NCBI GenBank assembly: GCA_965218975.1
Contig: OZ244717.1
Coordinates: 1,632,001-1,696,000 of the forward strand
Length of the DNA: 64,000 nt
Reading direction: 5' to 3'
Source: Candidatus Oxydemutatoraceae bacterium
GTDB taxonomy: Bacteria; Pseudomonadota; Gammaproteobacteria; Poriferisulfidales; Oxydemutatoraceae
Shown here one piece after another: positions 40,397-50,532 of this stretch. The notes beneath the pieces were generated by a model. It searched no databases. It was not told the origin of the DNA and was given only the letters and a program-made list of their open reading frames with translations. A program made the translations under genes and the position numbers. Every line of letters starts with the position of its first letter. The stretch's first letter is position 1.

Positions 40397-42307
40397 CTTG
40401 ACTTCGTAGGTTTTGTCTCGTAAGTGATTGATATTATTGCCTTCAGGATTCTCAAGGGCACTACATTACGGTGTTGTTTGTAGCCCTCCGCGCTCAGCTT
40501 CCCCCAGGGCGTGACTTGTCGGGAAGCGGGAACGGAGCTTCGTTCCATTTCAGGCCGACACTACGGTAGATCCTGTTGGCGTCCGCACTCGCGCGGCTCG
40601 GCATCGCATACCGCTTCTGTGTGTCGGTACATACCAAGATGCTCAACTGCAAGGTGTCGAGCTCGCGCCGGATCCGTTCCGCGCTCATCGGGAAGCCCAG
40701 TGCCTTAAGCCGCCGGCGCAGCTGCTGCAAGCAGCAGAAGGCCATGTAGCAGATCGCAATGTGTGCCTGGATACGCCGCGGCTTCCAGTGAAAGATCGGG
40801 CGGATGCAAAGGTCATGCTTGTTGGTGCGAAAGCAATGTTCTACTTCCCACAACCGACGGTACTGCGACAGCAATTCCTTTGGCGCCATCTCCTCGTTGC
40901 CGTGTGCGATGATTGCGCGCAGGCCGTCCCAACGCGCCGCATCGGCCACCTTGGCCGCATCAATCTTAACCCGGCCCTTTGCGGGGAAGCTTAAGTAACA
41001 GGCATAGCCGCGCGCCACGAAACCTGCCGGGCGCTCGCTGCGTTGATACTTCCGGCGCAACTGTGACAATATGCGCTCCCGAACTTCTTGATCCTTGCGC
41101 GCGCGCCGGCGTGAATAGGTGACTATGATCCGCCGGCCTTCGTGGCGAATCATCCGGTAACGCAGGTCCTGCGTTTTGAGCCAGCCTTGATCGTCTGCTG
41201 CACTGAGGGCCTGCAGCTTGATCTTGGCCGGGGCCGACTTGAGACGATAGCCGAGCACATAGGCCAAGCCCTGCTCCTGCAGGAATGTCTGGTTCTCACG
41301 GCTCAGCATCGCCGCATCGGCCACTACTGTAAATACAGCACCCGGATGTCTCTATTGCAGACTTGTCACTGCCTGCATCAAGGTTTTGCCCTCAAAGGTG
41401 TTGCCCGGCAACAGTGCGTAGTCCACCGGCAGACCGTCGCAGGTCGTCATCAGTGCCAGTAACACCTGGCAGCGGTGCGGCTTGCCGTCCTTACTATAAC
41501 CTTTCGCGCGCAACGGGTCCTCTTGCTCGCTCTCGAAGTACAGGGTCGTGCAATCAAAGAAGAACACCTTGAGGGGCTGATCATACAACTTCTGTGCCGC
41601 CTGATGAGACTGTTCCCGGATGCGTGCAATCACCGCCTCCTCAAGGTGATCCATAGTCTGGTAAACCCGGTCGAGATTGAGCGAAACGCCGCTTCGTTCG
41701 AGCTCGCACACCGTGGCACGCTTGCTCTGCGGCTGCGCGATACGCGCCAGCACCAGCTCGCGCAGAATGCGGTTGGCTGCCGTACGCCGTGCACCCAACA
41801 CCTGGTTCCAACCCAGGTGCGAATAAATCTGCGTGAACGCCTCGCGCACCCCAAGCATCAGCCGCATCTCCTCACGGCATTCGGCAAGATCTACCCCGAA
41901 GCGCGCCAGACGTGGTGCCAGCCGCGCCTCAGCTGCGAGATCCGCGTACTGCTTCGGTGTGAACAGCGATTGCTGTGCTGTACCGGCTTGGCGCAGCTCT
42001 TCCAAGGTGACCTCGCCGAGCTTGCGCAAAGATGCAAGCTGCTCGGGACTGTCGGCAGTGCCGATATGCCGCACCACACGCTGACGGGGACCATCGGCAG
42101 TGCGCACGGAACGTACAATCTGCAAGCGAGTGCGGCCACGTTCGGGGTCATATTTTTCACGCAAGTACATAGACCCGAATGATAACCCAAAATCCAAGTG
42201 AAAACAAGCCTGGGGGCACTACAATGGATTTTTCGGCGGCGCCCGGATAACCCTATGATAATAAAAGATTTATTTTTTGCCCAAAGGTCAAAACCTACGA
42301 AGTCAAG
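40397..42307 (-). mobile_element. IS1634-family insertion sequence (1911 bp)
   Basis: Terminal inverted repeats CTTGACTTCGTAGGTTTTG / CAAAACCTACGAAGTCAAG; GC-rich relative to host; long flanking direct repeat. Confidence 0.92.
40494..42170 (-). pseudogene. IS1634-family transposase with a premature TAG at 41352-41354
   Basis: FFDCTTLYFE, GYSKDGK, VADAAM, Y..LWEVEHCFR..K.DL.IRP.FH and HIAIC motifs; both ORFs are in the same frame. Confidence 0.9.
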
Positions 42308-42925
42308 AAACCTTGGTTTACCGGATTACTTCCAAAATCACGCTAGCCGAAATGAATTGTTAAAAGAAGCCGGACTTGATGCGGCAGGCATTGAAAACAG
42401 TGTGCAAAAATTTGTCCGCGAAACTATCCCGGCCCATGTTTCCAAAACCTAAGTAAGACAAGCGCAAAATTGCTTCGCACGCTTAGATAATGGTTTTCAA
42501 ATATTCTTTTAACTTACTGCCTATTTCCGAGTGGCGCAAACCCATTTCAATATTAGCATGCATATAGCCCCATTTATTTCCGCAGTCGTAACGTTTCCCG
42601 GAAAATTTATAAGCAAAAATGTCCTTTGTTTTCAACACTTCAACTAATGCGTCGGTTAATTGAACCTCGCCTTGCACCCCTGCCAAATGCTTGCTTAATT
42701 GCTCAAGCACGTCTGATGTTAGTATATATCGTCCGATGATGGCGAGATTCCCCGACGCTTCCCCAATTGCAGGTTTTTCAACTAAACTTGAAACCCGCAG
42801 AACATGGTCGGAAATCGGATCACCGCTCACTATGCCGTAGCGACTCACTTCTGACGGCGTCACCTCCTCAACCGCAACTACACTGCATTGATGCTTTTGG
42901 TATACTTCAATTAGCTGTTGCAGCA
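42308..42925. repeat. 618-bp direct repeat, right copy (dxs fragment plus 3' half of intact galU)
   Basis: Appears identical to 39779-40396. Confidence 0.95.
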
Positions 42926-43352
42926 CATTATTGTCGCCATTGCTGTCAACCAAATCATCTGCCAAGATAACTGCGAATGCCTCACCGTCAATGACGGGAG
43001 CCGCACATGAAATCGCATGCCCCAAACCTAACGGATCAAATTGTCTGAGATAAACACAAGCGACATTAGACGGAATAATACTATCTAACTGGGTTAATTT
43101 TTCCTGATCACCTTTCCCTTTCAACCGATCTTCAAGTTCAACATCACGATCAAAGTAGTCCTCGATTGCCCGCTTGTTTTTGCCATTGACAAAAATCAAA
43201 GTCTTCATGTTTGCTACCAACGCTTCATTCACCGCGTACTGAATCAAAGGCTTATCAACGATCGGCAGCATTTCCTTAGGAATACTTTTAGTCGCAGGTA
43301 AAAAACGTGTACCTAGTCCCGCAACCGGAAACACAACTTTGGTGATGCACAT
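42483..43352 (-). CDS. galU: UTP--glucose-1-phosphate uridylyltransferase
   Basis: VAGLGTRFLPATK..PKEMLP, LGLGHA, VEKP and QLTDA motifs. Confidence 0.97.
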   Translation of the reverse strand: MCITKVVFPVAGLGTRFLPATKSIPKEMLPIVDKPLIQYAVNEALVANMKTLIFVNGKNKRAIEDYFDRDVELEDRLKGKGDQEKLTQLDSIIPSNVACVYLRQFDPLGLGHAISCAAPVIDGEAFAVILADDLVDSNGDNNVLQQLIEVYQKHQCSVVAVEEVTPSEVSRYGIVSGDPISDHVLRVSSLVEKPAIGEASGNLAIIGRYILTSDVLEQLSKHLAGVQGEVQLTDALVEVLKTKDIFAYKFSGKRYDCGNKWGYMHANIEMGLRHSEIGSKLKEYLKTII

Positions 43353-43439
43353 AGTAGTTATAATTAAAGTGTAAATGATATTTTTTGACTATAATACTAT
43401 CGTATCAGTCATAATCAAAATTAGTGATCCCCTAACGAT

Positions 43440-44567
43440 ATGATATCCAACAAATTATTGCGTCGGAAGTATGAAGCCTACCTTGCTGCCGCCGATATAA
43501 AGATCAATGGAGACCGCCTGTGGGACATACAAGTCTATGATTCTCGTCTCTATCGACGAGTTTTCCTGTACGGGTCATTAGGTTTCGGTGAAGCGTATAT
43601 GGATAGTTGGTGGGAATGCGATAGCCTTGATCAGATGTTTGCTCGCTTGTTGCGTCATCAAAAACAGACTAGAAAATCCATTATGACGATAGCTGATATC
43701 TTTCATTCTATCCGCTTTTTGTTGTTCAATTTACAAAAAATCACCTCGACTAAAAAAGTCGGAAAAAAACATTATGATATCGGCAATGATCTATTTTCGA
43801 GAATGCTGGACAGCCACATGAACTACAGTTGCGGGTACTGGAAAAATGCCGACTCTCTTGAAACTGCTCAACAGGCAAAAATGGACTTAATCTGCCGAAA
43901 ATTACATTTGAAAAAAGGAATGCGTGTGCTTGATATCGGTTGCGGTTGGGGCGGTATAGCAAAATATATGGCGAACCACTATGATGTCTCGGTTGTCGGA
44001 GTGACAATTTCTAAGCAACAAGCCAATTACGCACAACTGAATTGTAAAGGTCTGCCGGTTAAGATTCTCCTGCAAGACTACCGTTTGGTGAGCGAGCAGT
44101 TTGATCGTATTTATTCAGTGGGTATGTTTGAGCACGTCGGAGTGAAAAATTATGCGACTTATATGGAAAAAACCAAGCAATTGCTTAACGACAGCGGATT
44201 GTTTTTGTTACACACTATTGGGCGCCTATCCTCATCGTTCAAAACGGATCCCTGGATAGAAAAGTACATATTCCCGAATTCAATGCTCCCTTCGTGTAAA
44301 CAAATTAGCAAGTCCATTGAAAATAGATTTGTAATGGAAGACTGGCAAAATTTTGGCAATGATTATGCGCGCACTCTGATGGCTTGGTTAGAAAATTTCA
44401 AGGCAACGTGGAAGGATCTATCTGCCGACTACGACGAACGTTTCTATCGAATGTGGACATATTATTTGACGCTTTGCGCCGGTTCTTTTCAAGCAAGGGA
44501 CAACCAGCTATGGCAAGTCGTACTATCTCCGACAGGTATTGCCGACCGCTACTATGCACCGCGCTAA
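43440..44567 (+). CDS. cfa: Cyclopropane fatty acyl phospholipid synthase
   Basis: GEAYMD.WW, HYDIGNDLF, LDIGCGWG, GMFEHVG and WI.KYIFP motifs. Confidence 0.95.
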   Translation: MISNKLLRRKYEAYLAAADIKINGDRLWDIQVYDSRLYRRVFLYGSLGFGEAYMDSWWECDSLDQMFARLLRHQKQTRKSIMTIADIFHSIRFLLFNLQKITSTKKVGKKHYDIGNDLFSRMLDSHMNYSCGYWKNADSLETAQQAKMDLICRKLHLKKGMRVLDIGCGWGGIAKYMANHYDVSVVGVTISKQQANYAQLNCKGLPVKILLQDYRLVSEQFDRIYSVGMFEHVGVKNYATYMEKTKQLLNDSGLFLLHTIGRLSSSFKTDPWIEKYIFPNSMLPSCKQISKSIENRFVMEDWQNFGNDYARTLMAWLENFKATWKDLSADYDERFYRMWTYYLTLCAGSFQARDNQLWQVVLSPTGIADRYYAPR

Positions 44568-44659
44568 AAAAACGACGGAGTAAATCTGACTTTCATAGGA
44601 GGAATGAAGAATCAAACTCACCCCATCGCAATAAGTGTATGCTTGCGTAAAGCTAAAAT

Positions 44660-44959
44660 TTAATGACTAGATTTTAAATCGGACTTCTCAGGCGAGGCTT
44701 TACCCATCACCGAAAGTACATTACGGTTCATCTCTATGGTTGATCTCCCGATCCCTTTAACCAGCTCAAGATCATCAATCGACTTAAAATCGCCATGCGC
44801 CTCGCGATATTCCACGATTGCATTAGCTTTACTATAGCCTACGTTCTTTAGTTTTTCGCTGAGTTCCTGCACGCTTGCGGTATTAATATTGACTTCCGCA
44901 AACACGGGAATTGCAACAAATGCCGCCAACAAGCAACAAGCAAATATAAATTTATGCAT
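44660..44959 (-). CDS. comEA: ComEA-like helix-hairpin-helix DNA-binding protein
   Basis: Signal peptide, then VNINTAS..EL, KA.AIVEYR..HG.F and VKGIG; GGAG RBS before ATG 44959. Confidence 0.9.
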   Translation of the reverse strand: MHKFIFACCLLAAFVAIPVFAEVNINTASVQELSEKLKNVGYSKANAIVEYREAHGDFKSIDDLELVKGIGRSTIEMNRNVLSVMGKASPEKSDLKSSH

Positions 44960-45093
44960 ATATGATTTCTCCCATAAAGTTAAGAAGAATGTAAGCATGC
45001 ATGAAAAATCACCGGGAAAAACAACTATCGGACGAATGGAGCGGATTTAAGGTCAAGCGGTTAGAAAACCGCTCAGAGCACGAAATAATCTAT

Positions 45094-46482
45094 TGTACAG
45101 CGCCAGATACATGTGGGATTCACGGCACGACTCAAAAAGGTAACCGATATGCAATATCAGCACATCGGCCACCGCATCAAAGGTTTCTATATGAGCCAAT
45201 TTTGCTTCAAAAATAGAGGCTATAATGAACACAACGGCTCAACAGAAATATGATGCCCTATTATTTTGGGAGGGTTGTAACTCCCGAACGCATTCAAGAT
45301 CGGTCGCAGTACTTTGTACCGCTGCCGTCGGCGTTATCGCCGCACTGGCCTCAGCGCCTTACATGATCGCGGCAAAGCGCCGCGTAAGAGGCGCCAGGGG
45401 ATTGTCAGCAAAGTACTTGTCGTCCATAACGAGACTTGGTTCTGTCAATGAGCGCCAGCCCCGACGTCCTTGTCGAGTCGTTCGCCGCTGAAAACCGATC
45501 GGTTTTCCGGGCGCATCTCACCCTGCGCCAGGCTTATCCGAATCTCGGCAGCAGTAAAATCTTTGAGCTGATGAAATCGTTTTGTGTTTGTTGCCGGATT
45601 GTCGGCAAAGTGCCTGTCGTCCATGACGAGACTTGGTTCTGCGAATGAACGCCAGCCCCGACATCCTTGCCGGGTCGTTCGCCACTGAAAACCGATCGGT
45701 TTTCCGGGCGCGTCTCACCCTGCTCGTCCATGACGAGACTTGGTTCTGCGAATGAACGTCAGCCCCGACGTCCTTGTCGGGTCGTTCGCCACTGAAAACC
45801 GATCGGTTTTCCGGGCGCGTCTCACCTTGACGGACGGCGGTAGTGAGTTTCAAGAACAGTTTGCCCGGCTCATCCGGGAATCACCCGCGATTGAGCAGTG
45901 ACTGACCTATCCCAAGTGTCCGAAAATGAACGCGCACATTGAGCGTTTCAACCGCACCGTCCAGGAGGATTGTATCAATCATGCGGAAAACCTGCTACTT
46001 ACCGATACGGAAGCATTCAATGATCGGTTATGAAACCGTTTTGTATTTGTTGGTGAATGCTCAGCAAAGTGCCTGTCATCCATGACGAGACTTGGTTCTG
46101 CGAATAAACGCCAGCCCCGACGTCCTTGTCGGGTCGTTCGCCGCTGAAAACCGATCGGTTTTCCGGGCGCGTCTCACCCTGCGCCAGGCTTATCCGAATC
46201 TCGGCAGCAGTAAAATCTTTGAGCTGATAAAACCGTTTTGTGTTTGTTGGTGAATGCTCAGCAAAGTGCCTGTCGTCCATGACGAGACTTGGTTCTGTCA
46301 ATGAACGCCAGCCCCGACGTCCTTGTCGGGTCGTTCGCCACTGAAAACCATCGGTTTTCCGAGCGCGTCTCACCCTGCACCGCCCTCATGCCGACAACGG
46401 ACAGAAAGCACCGATCCGAATGTTACTGCCGAACGCTTCCCCCGAAGCCCTTCAAGAATCCCATTTAGGGTGGCATCGTACA
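45094..46482 (+). mobile_element. IS481-derived non-autonomous element carrying five copies of the 107-bp repeat
   Basis: Imperfect TGTAC...GTACA termini and a TCTAT duplication on both sides. Transposase fragments: RSTLYR, LRQAYPNLG, LTDGGSEF, PKMNAHIERFNRT and HRPH. Confidence 0.88.
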
Positions 46483-46489
46483 TCTATTT

Positions 46490-47671
46490 CTAATATACGA
46501 GCCGAGTTGATATAATATCGCAAGGCATAATCATATCCCAACGGGCGCAACTCGGGCACAGCCAGTGATTTTCGCTACTTTGGAAACCACAGTTTGAGCA
46601 TTGATACTTATAACCTGCACTATCGCTGCCTTCTAGACTGGTGATAATTTCCTTAATCAAGTGCTTGTCGTTTACTTCGTTTAGCTTAAGTTTGTGCTGC
46701 AAAATAATTTTTAAGATTGGAATCGGCACATTACCCCCTTGATTTAAGTGTTCAAAAAACTTTCCGACTTCCTGTTTTAGACCGGCATGCAAAAGCGACA
46801 AAATACATGCCTTAAGATACGAAACACTCACGATCGAGGGCCTCAGGTTTCGCATATAATCCGAAATTTCTGTCGGTGAAAAATTCTCCAAAGTTTTTTG
46901 TATTCTGGGCAACAATAAAATTGCAAAATCCGGATGCTTGCCAAAAGCGCGCTTATAATGGCGTAAAGCTTTATCAAAATCATCTTTCTGCACATAAATA
47001 TCACCGCGTAAAATGTCAAGACGCAACAGCGCTTCATCCAACGCTTCTGCTTTAGTCAAATACTTTAAAGCCGTGCGGTGATTTTTATTCCCTAAAGCCA
47101 TCTCGGCAAGCTCGCAATAATAATGCGCAGTACTGGTACTGTAATTATTGTTAGGATTTAATTTTTGCAGCTTTTGAGCAACTAGAATTGCTTCATCCCA
47201 GTTTTTTTCAACTTCGTATAAAGTCTTCAGGCGTTGATATGCTTCAACCTCCGTAGCACTGATCCCAAAGGAAAGAACTTCTTTGAAGAATTTTTCGGAA
47301 CGATCAAGCAAACCGGCATCAAAATAATCCCGCCCCAATTCCAGCAAAGCACCTGCACGATGAGCGCTAGTCAAATTTTGTTTTGCGATTAAATTCTGAT
47401 GAATACTAATCGCTTTTTCAATCTCACCTCGTTGACGATATAGATTGCCTAAAATAATATGTGCTTCAACCGTATCCGGATTGACTTGAAATATCTCAAC
47501 AAATGTGTCAACTGCCTTTCCATGTTGTTGATCAAGCAACAAATTTAACCCTTTGACATAAGCGAGCGGTAACCTAGATTCGGTTTTCTTTTGAACTCTG
47601 CCACGTATTGCAGTCAACCATCCGCTAGCAGCCGCAACCGGAAGCAATAGCCAAAACCATTCAAATATCAT
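46490..47671 (-). CDS. lapB: Lipopolysaccharide assembly protein B
   Basis: N-terminal TM WLLLPVAAASGW, TPR repeats and C-terminal CxxC...CPSC rubredoxin. Confidence 0.93.
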   Translation of the reverse strand: MIFEWFWLLLPVAAASGWLTAIRGRVQKKTESRLPLAYVKGLNLLLDQQHGKAVDTFVEIFQVNPDTVEAHIILGNLYRQRGEIEKAISIHQNLIAKQNLTSAHRAGALLELGRDYFDAGLLDRSEKFFKEVLSFGISATEVEAYQRLKTLYEVEKNWDEAILVAQKLQKLNPNNNYSTSTAHYYCELAEMALGNKNHRTALKYLTKAEALDEALLRLDILRGDIYVQKDDFDKALRHYKRAFGKHPDFAILLLPRIQKTLENFSPTEISDYMRNLRPSIVSVSYLKACILSLLHAGLKQEVGKFFEHLNQGGNVPIPILKIILQHKLKLNEVNDKHLIKEIITSLEGSDSAGYKYQCSNCGFQSSENHWLCPSCARWDMIMPCDIISTRLVY

Positions 47672-47741
47672 AAAACCTTCCGCCTAAATTAGAGTGCCGG
47701 ATAATCGTAACTCATCTGCAAACGAGTCGGTAATTTATAAT

Positions 47742-48155
47742 TCAAGCCTCGTTGTCACCTCCTTCCGAACTGCCCTTGGCAAAAGAACCTTGAAGGGACT
47801 GCTGCGAAGAAGAAGAAAGGGGGTACAAAGGCATTATAGAAGAAGAAACGGTAGAGTTGGCATGATTACTTACGGAATTTCCATTCACTCTATTGCGCAG
47901 TTTTTTCCCTGGTCTGAAATATGGCACACTGCGACTTGGAAGTTGAAACTGTTCACCGGTTTTAGGATTTCTTGCAATTCGAGGGGTACGATGCCGTAGG
48001 CAAAAACTGCCAAATCCCCTAATCTCGATTCTTCCGCCGTGACTCAAAGTATCGCACATATAATCAAAGATTTTCTGTGCCGTTTCCTGTACATCGTTCG
48101 GTAACAGATTCGGACGTAAAACAATTAACCGCGAGATAAACTCGGATTTAGTCAT
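47742..48155 (-). CDS. ihfB: Integration host factor beta subunit with Ser-rich C-terminal extension
   Basis: MTKSE, RIEIRGFGSF, RNPKTG and PYFRPGK motifs; follows rpsA. Confidence 0.92.
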   Translation of the reverse strand: MTKSEFISRLIVLRPNLLPNDVQETAQKIFDYMCDTLSHGGRIEIRGFGSFCLRHRTPRIARNPKTGEQFQLPSRSVPYFRPGKKLRNRVNGNSVSNHANSTVSSSIMPLYPLSSSSQQSLQGSFAKGSSEGGDNEA

Positions 48156-48177
48156 GGTCGGATATTTTCTCTTACCG

Positions 48178-49848
48178 TTATGATTCATGATCCTGGTTGA
48201 TTTTATCTTGCATAAAATCACCGATTGCCGCAGAAGCAAAACCGTCGCCCGCAGAATATTCTTCAATTATTTTGCTTTCTTCCTCATGGAGTATCTCTTT
48301 CACTGACAGATTTAAAGTATTAGTCTTTTTATTATAAGAAATTAGCTTAGCGGTTATTTCGTCATTAATTTTATACGCGCTAATATCTTCATTTTTACCA
48401 CATTCCGCAAATGATAGGCTGCCGGTCACGGACTCGGCAAGTCTGATAATAAAATGATTCTCCCGAACTTCTTCAATATGTCCGGTAACAACGGTACCTT
48501 TATAGTGCTTATCCAAATATTCGCAAATTGGTTTGCTTTCAAGTTGTTTGATACCTAATGCTATCCGCCCGCGTTCAATGTCTATCGCCAATATAACCGC
48601 CGTAATCTCAACTCCTTTTTTATAACTCTGCAACTTTTCAGCATTGGATTCTTCCCAAGAAAGATCACTGACATGCACCAACCCGTCTATACCATATTCT
48701 TCAATACCGACAAAAATACCAAAATCGGTGACGGATTTAACTTTACCGGTAATCTTATCGCCTTTTTTATGACGACCGGAAAATTCCTCCCAGGGATTGG
48801 GCCGGCATTGTTTAATACCCAAAGACATTCGGCGCCGCTCGTTATCAATCCCCAATACCATTACTTCAAGCTCATCTCCCATTGAAGTTATCTTTTCCGG
48901 ATGCACGTTCTTATTTCTCCAATCCATTTCAGAAACATGCACCAAACCCTCAATCCCATCTTCAATCTCAACAAAGCAACCGTAATCCGTAATATTCGTC
49001 ACTCTCCCACGTACTCGGACACCTATCGGATAACGTTTTTCAACGTCTAGCCACGGGTCGCTGTCCAATTGTTTCAACCCCAGTGAAACCCGCGTCTTTT
49101 CCTCATCATACTCAAGCACCATAACGTCAATCTTATCCCCAACAGAAACGACTTCCGACGGATGTTGCACCCGACGCCACGACATATCAGTAATGTGTAA
49201 CAGCCCATCCACTCCGCCCAAGTCAAGGAAAGCCCCATAATCGGTTAAATTCTTCACTATTCCACTAACAACAACACCTTTCTTTAATCGTTTTATTAAC
49301 TCTTGCCGCTCGGCGGTATATTCCAATTCCATCACCGAGCGCCGAGATACGACTACATTGCTTCGCCGCTGATCAAGTTTGATGACTTTAAACTCAAGTT
49401 CTTTGCCTTCAAGATAAGCGATATCATGGATTGGACGCATATCCACCAAAGAACCGGGAAGAAAAGCCGAAAGACCTTCAAGATCAACAATAAATCCGCC
49501 TTTGACTTTGCCGGTAATCACACCTTTGACAATAGAAGATTCCGCATGTGCCTTCTCCAACTCTTTCCAAACGCGTATGCGCTTCGCTTTCTCACGGGAA
49601 AGATGTGTTTCTCCATGACCATTTTCTATCGCGTCAAGAAACACCTCGACCATATCACCTTCGGCAACTTCAAGCTTACCTTCGCTATTATAGAATTGTT
49701 CGATTGGGATAATGCCTTCAGACTTTAAACCGACGTTAACAATGACAGCATTATTTCTAATCCGGACAATCTGTCCTTCCAAAATACTGTTTGATCTTAT
49801 TTGAGAATGCTGTTCTTTTTCAAATATTTCTGCAAAGCTTTCAGACAT
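48178..49848 (-). CDS. rpsA: 30S ribosomal protein S1
   Basis: MSESFAE and repeated S1 domains (YGAF.DLGG.DGLLH). Confidence 0.98.
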   Translation of the reverse strand: MSESFAEIFEKEQHSQIRSNSILEGQIVRIRNNAVIVNVGLKSEGIIPIEQFYNSEGKLEVAEGDMVEVFLDAIENGHGETHLSREKAKRIRVWKELEKAHAESSIVKGVITGKVKGGFIVDLEGLSAFLPGSLVDMRPIHDIAYLEGKELEFKVIKLDQRRSNVVVSRRSVMELEYTAERQELIKRLKKGVVVSGIVKNLTDYGAFLDLGGVDGLLHITDMSWRRVQHPSEVVSVGDKIDVMVLEYDEEKTRVSLGLKQLDSDPWLDVEKRYPIGVRVRGRVTNITDYGCFVEIEDGIEGLVHVSEMDWRNKNVHPEKITSMGDELEVMVLGIDNERRRMSLGIKQCRPNPWEEFSGRHKKGDKITGKVKSVTDFGIFVGIEEYGIDGLVHVSDLSWEESNAEKLQSYKKGVEITAVILAIDIERGRIALGIKQLESKPICEYLDKHYKGTVVTGHIEEVRENHFIIRLAESVTGSLSFAECGKNEDISAYKINDEITAKLISYNKKTNTLNLSVKEILHEEESKIIEEYSAGDGFASAAIGDFMQDKINQDHES

Positions 49849-49866
49849 AATTAAGTTAAATTCAAG

Positions 49867-50532
49867 TTAATTAAATAGCAATGCGATAATTTCTTCAACG
49901 ACTGTATCCACCGAACTGTTAGTCGTATCAATCACCACTGCGTCTTGTGCAACAACTAATGGAGCGACCTGACGTTCGGCGTCACGCTTATCGCGCACTC
50001 TCAGCTGCTGTTTTACTTCTCTAAGGCTACCACCAAAATCATTATAATTCAACTGCCTGCATCTGCGCAGCGCACGTTCTTCCGGTGCGGCAGTTAGAAA
50101 AATTTTCAAATCCGCATCGGGAAAAACAACTGTCGACATATCACGACCATCAGCAACCAACCCCGGGAATTGTCTGAAATTACGCTGATAATCCAGCAAG
50201 GATTGGCGCACCTCATGAATTTCAGCTAATTGCGAAGCCCGATTCCCGCATGATTCTTCAATCAAAAATCGATTAATATTCCGATTTCCGAAATAGACTT
50301 CAACTGTCTCGTTATTCACTCGAAAATCAACTTGGCATTGCATCGTCAATTGCACTAACCCATTGATGTTGTTCGCGCTAATTCCCTTGATCAATGAGAG
50401 CCACGCAATTACCCTATATAGGGAACCACTTACTAGAATATGATAATTCAGCCGTTTAGATAGCAAACAACTCACCGTGCTTTTACCGACGCCGGCAGGG
50501 CCATCAATGGTAATCACCGGCACACTCGTCAT
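49867..50532 (-). CDS. cmk: Cytidylate kinase
   Basis: ITIDGPAGVGKST, GLVADGRDM and KIFLTA motifs; ATGA overlap with aroA. Confidence 0.95.
   Translation of the reverse strand: MTSVPVITIDGPAGVGKSTVSCLLSKRLNYHILVSGSLYRVIAWLSLIKGISANNINGLVQLTMQCQVDFRVNNETVEVYFGNRNINRFLIEESCGNRASQLAEIHEVRQSLLDYQRNFRQFPGLVADGRDMSTVVFPDADLKIFLTAAPEERALRRCRQLNYNDFGGSLREVKQQLRVRDKRDAERQVAPLVVAQDAVVIDTTNSSVDTVVEEIIALLFN

Noticed and set aside
39954-40397. Second galU gene (and dxs-like ORF 42198-42452)
   Set aside because: Both are truncated by-products of the IS-flanking duplication.
41475-42182. 235-aa plus-strand ORF and other long antisense ORFs in the track
   Set aside because: Shadow ORFs opposite well-supported genes, with no motifs of their own.
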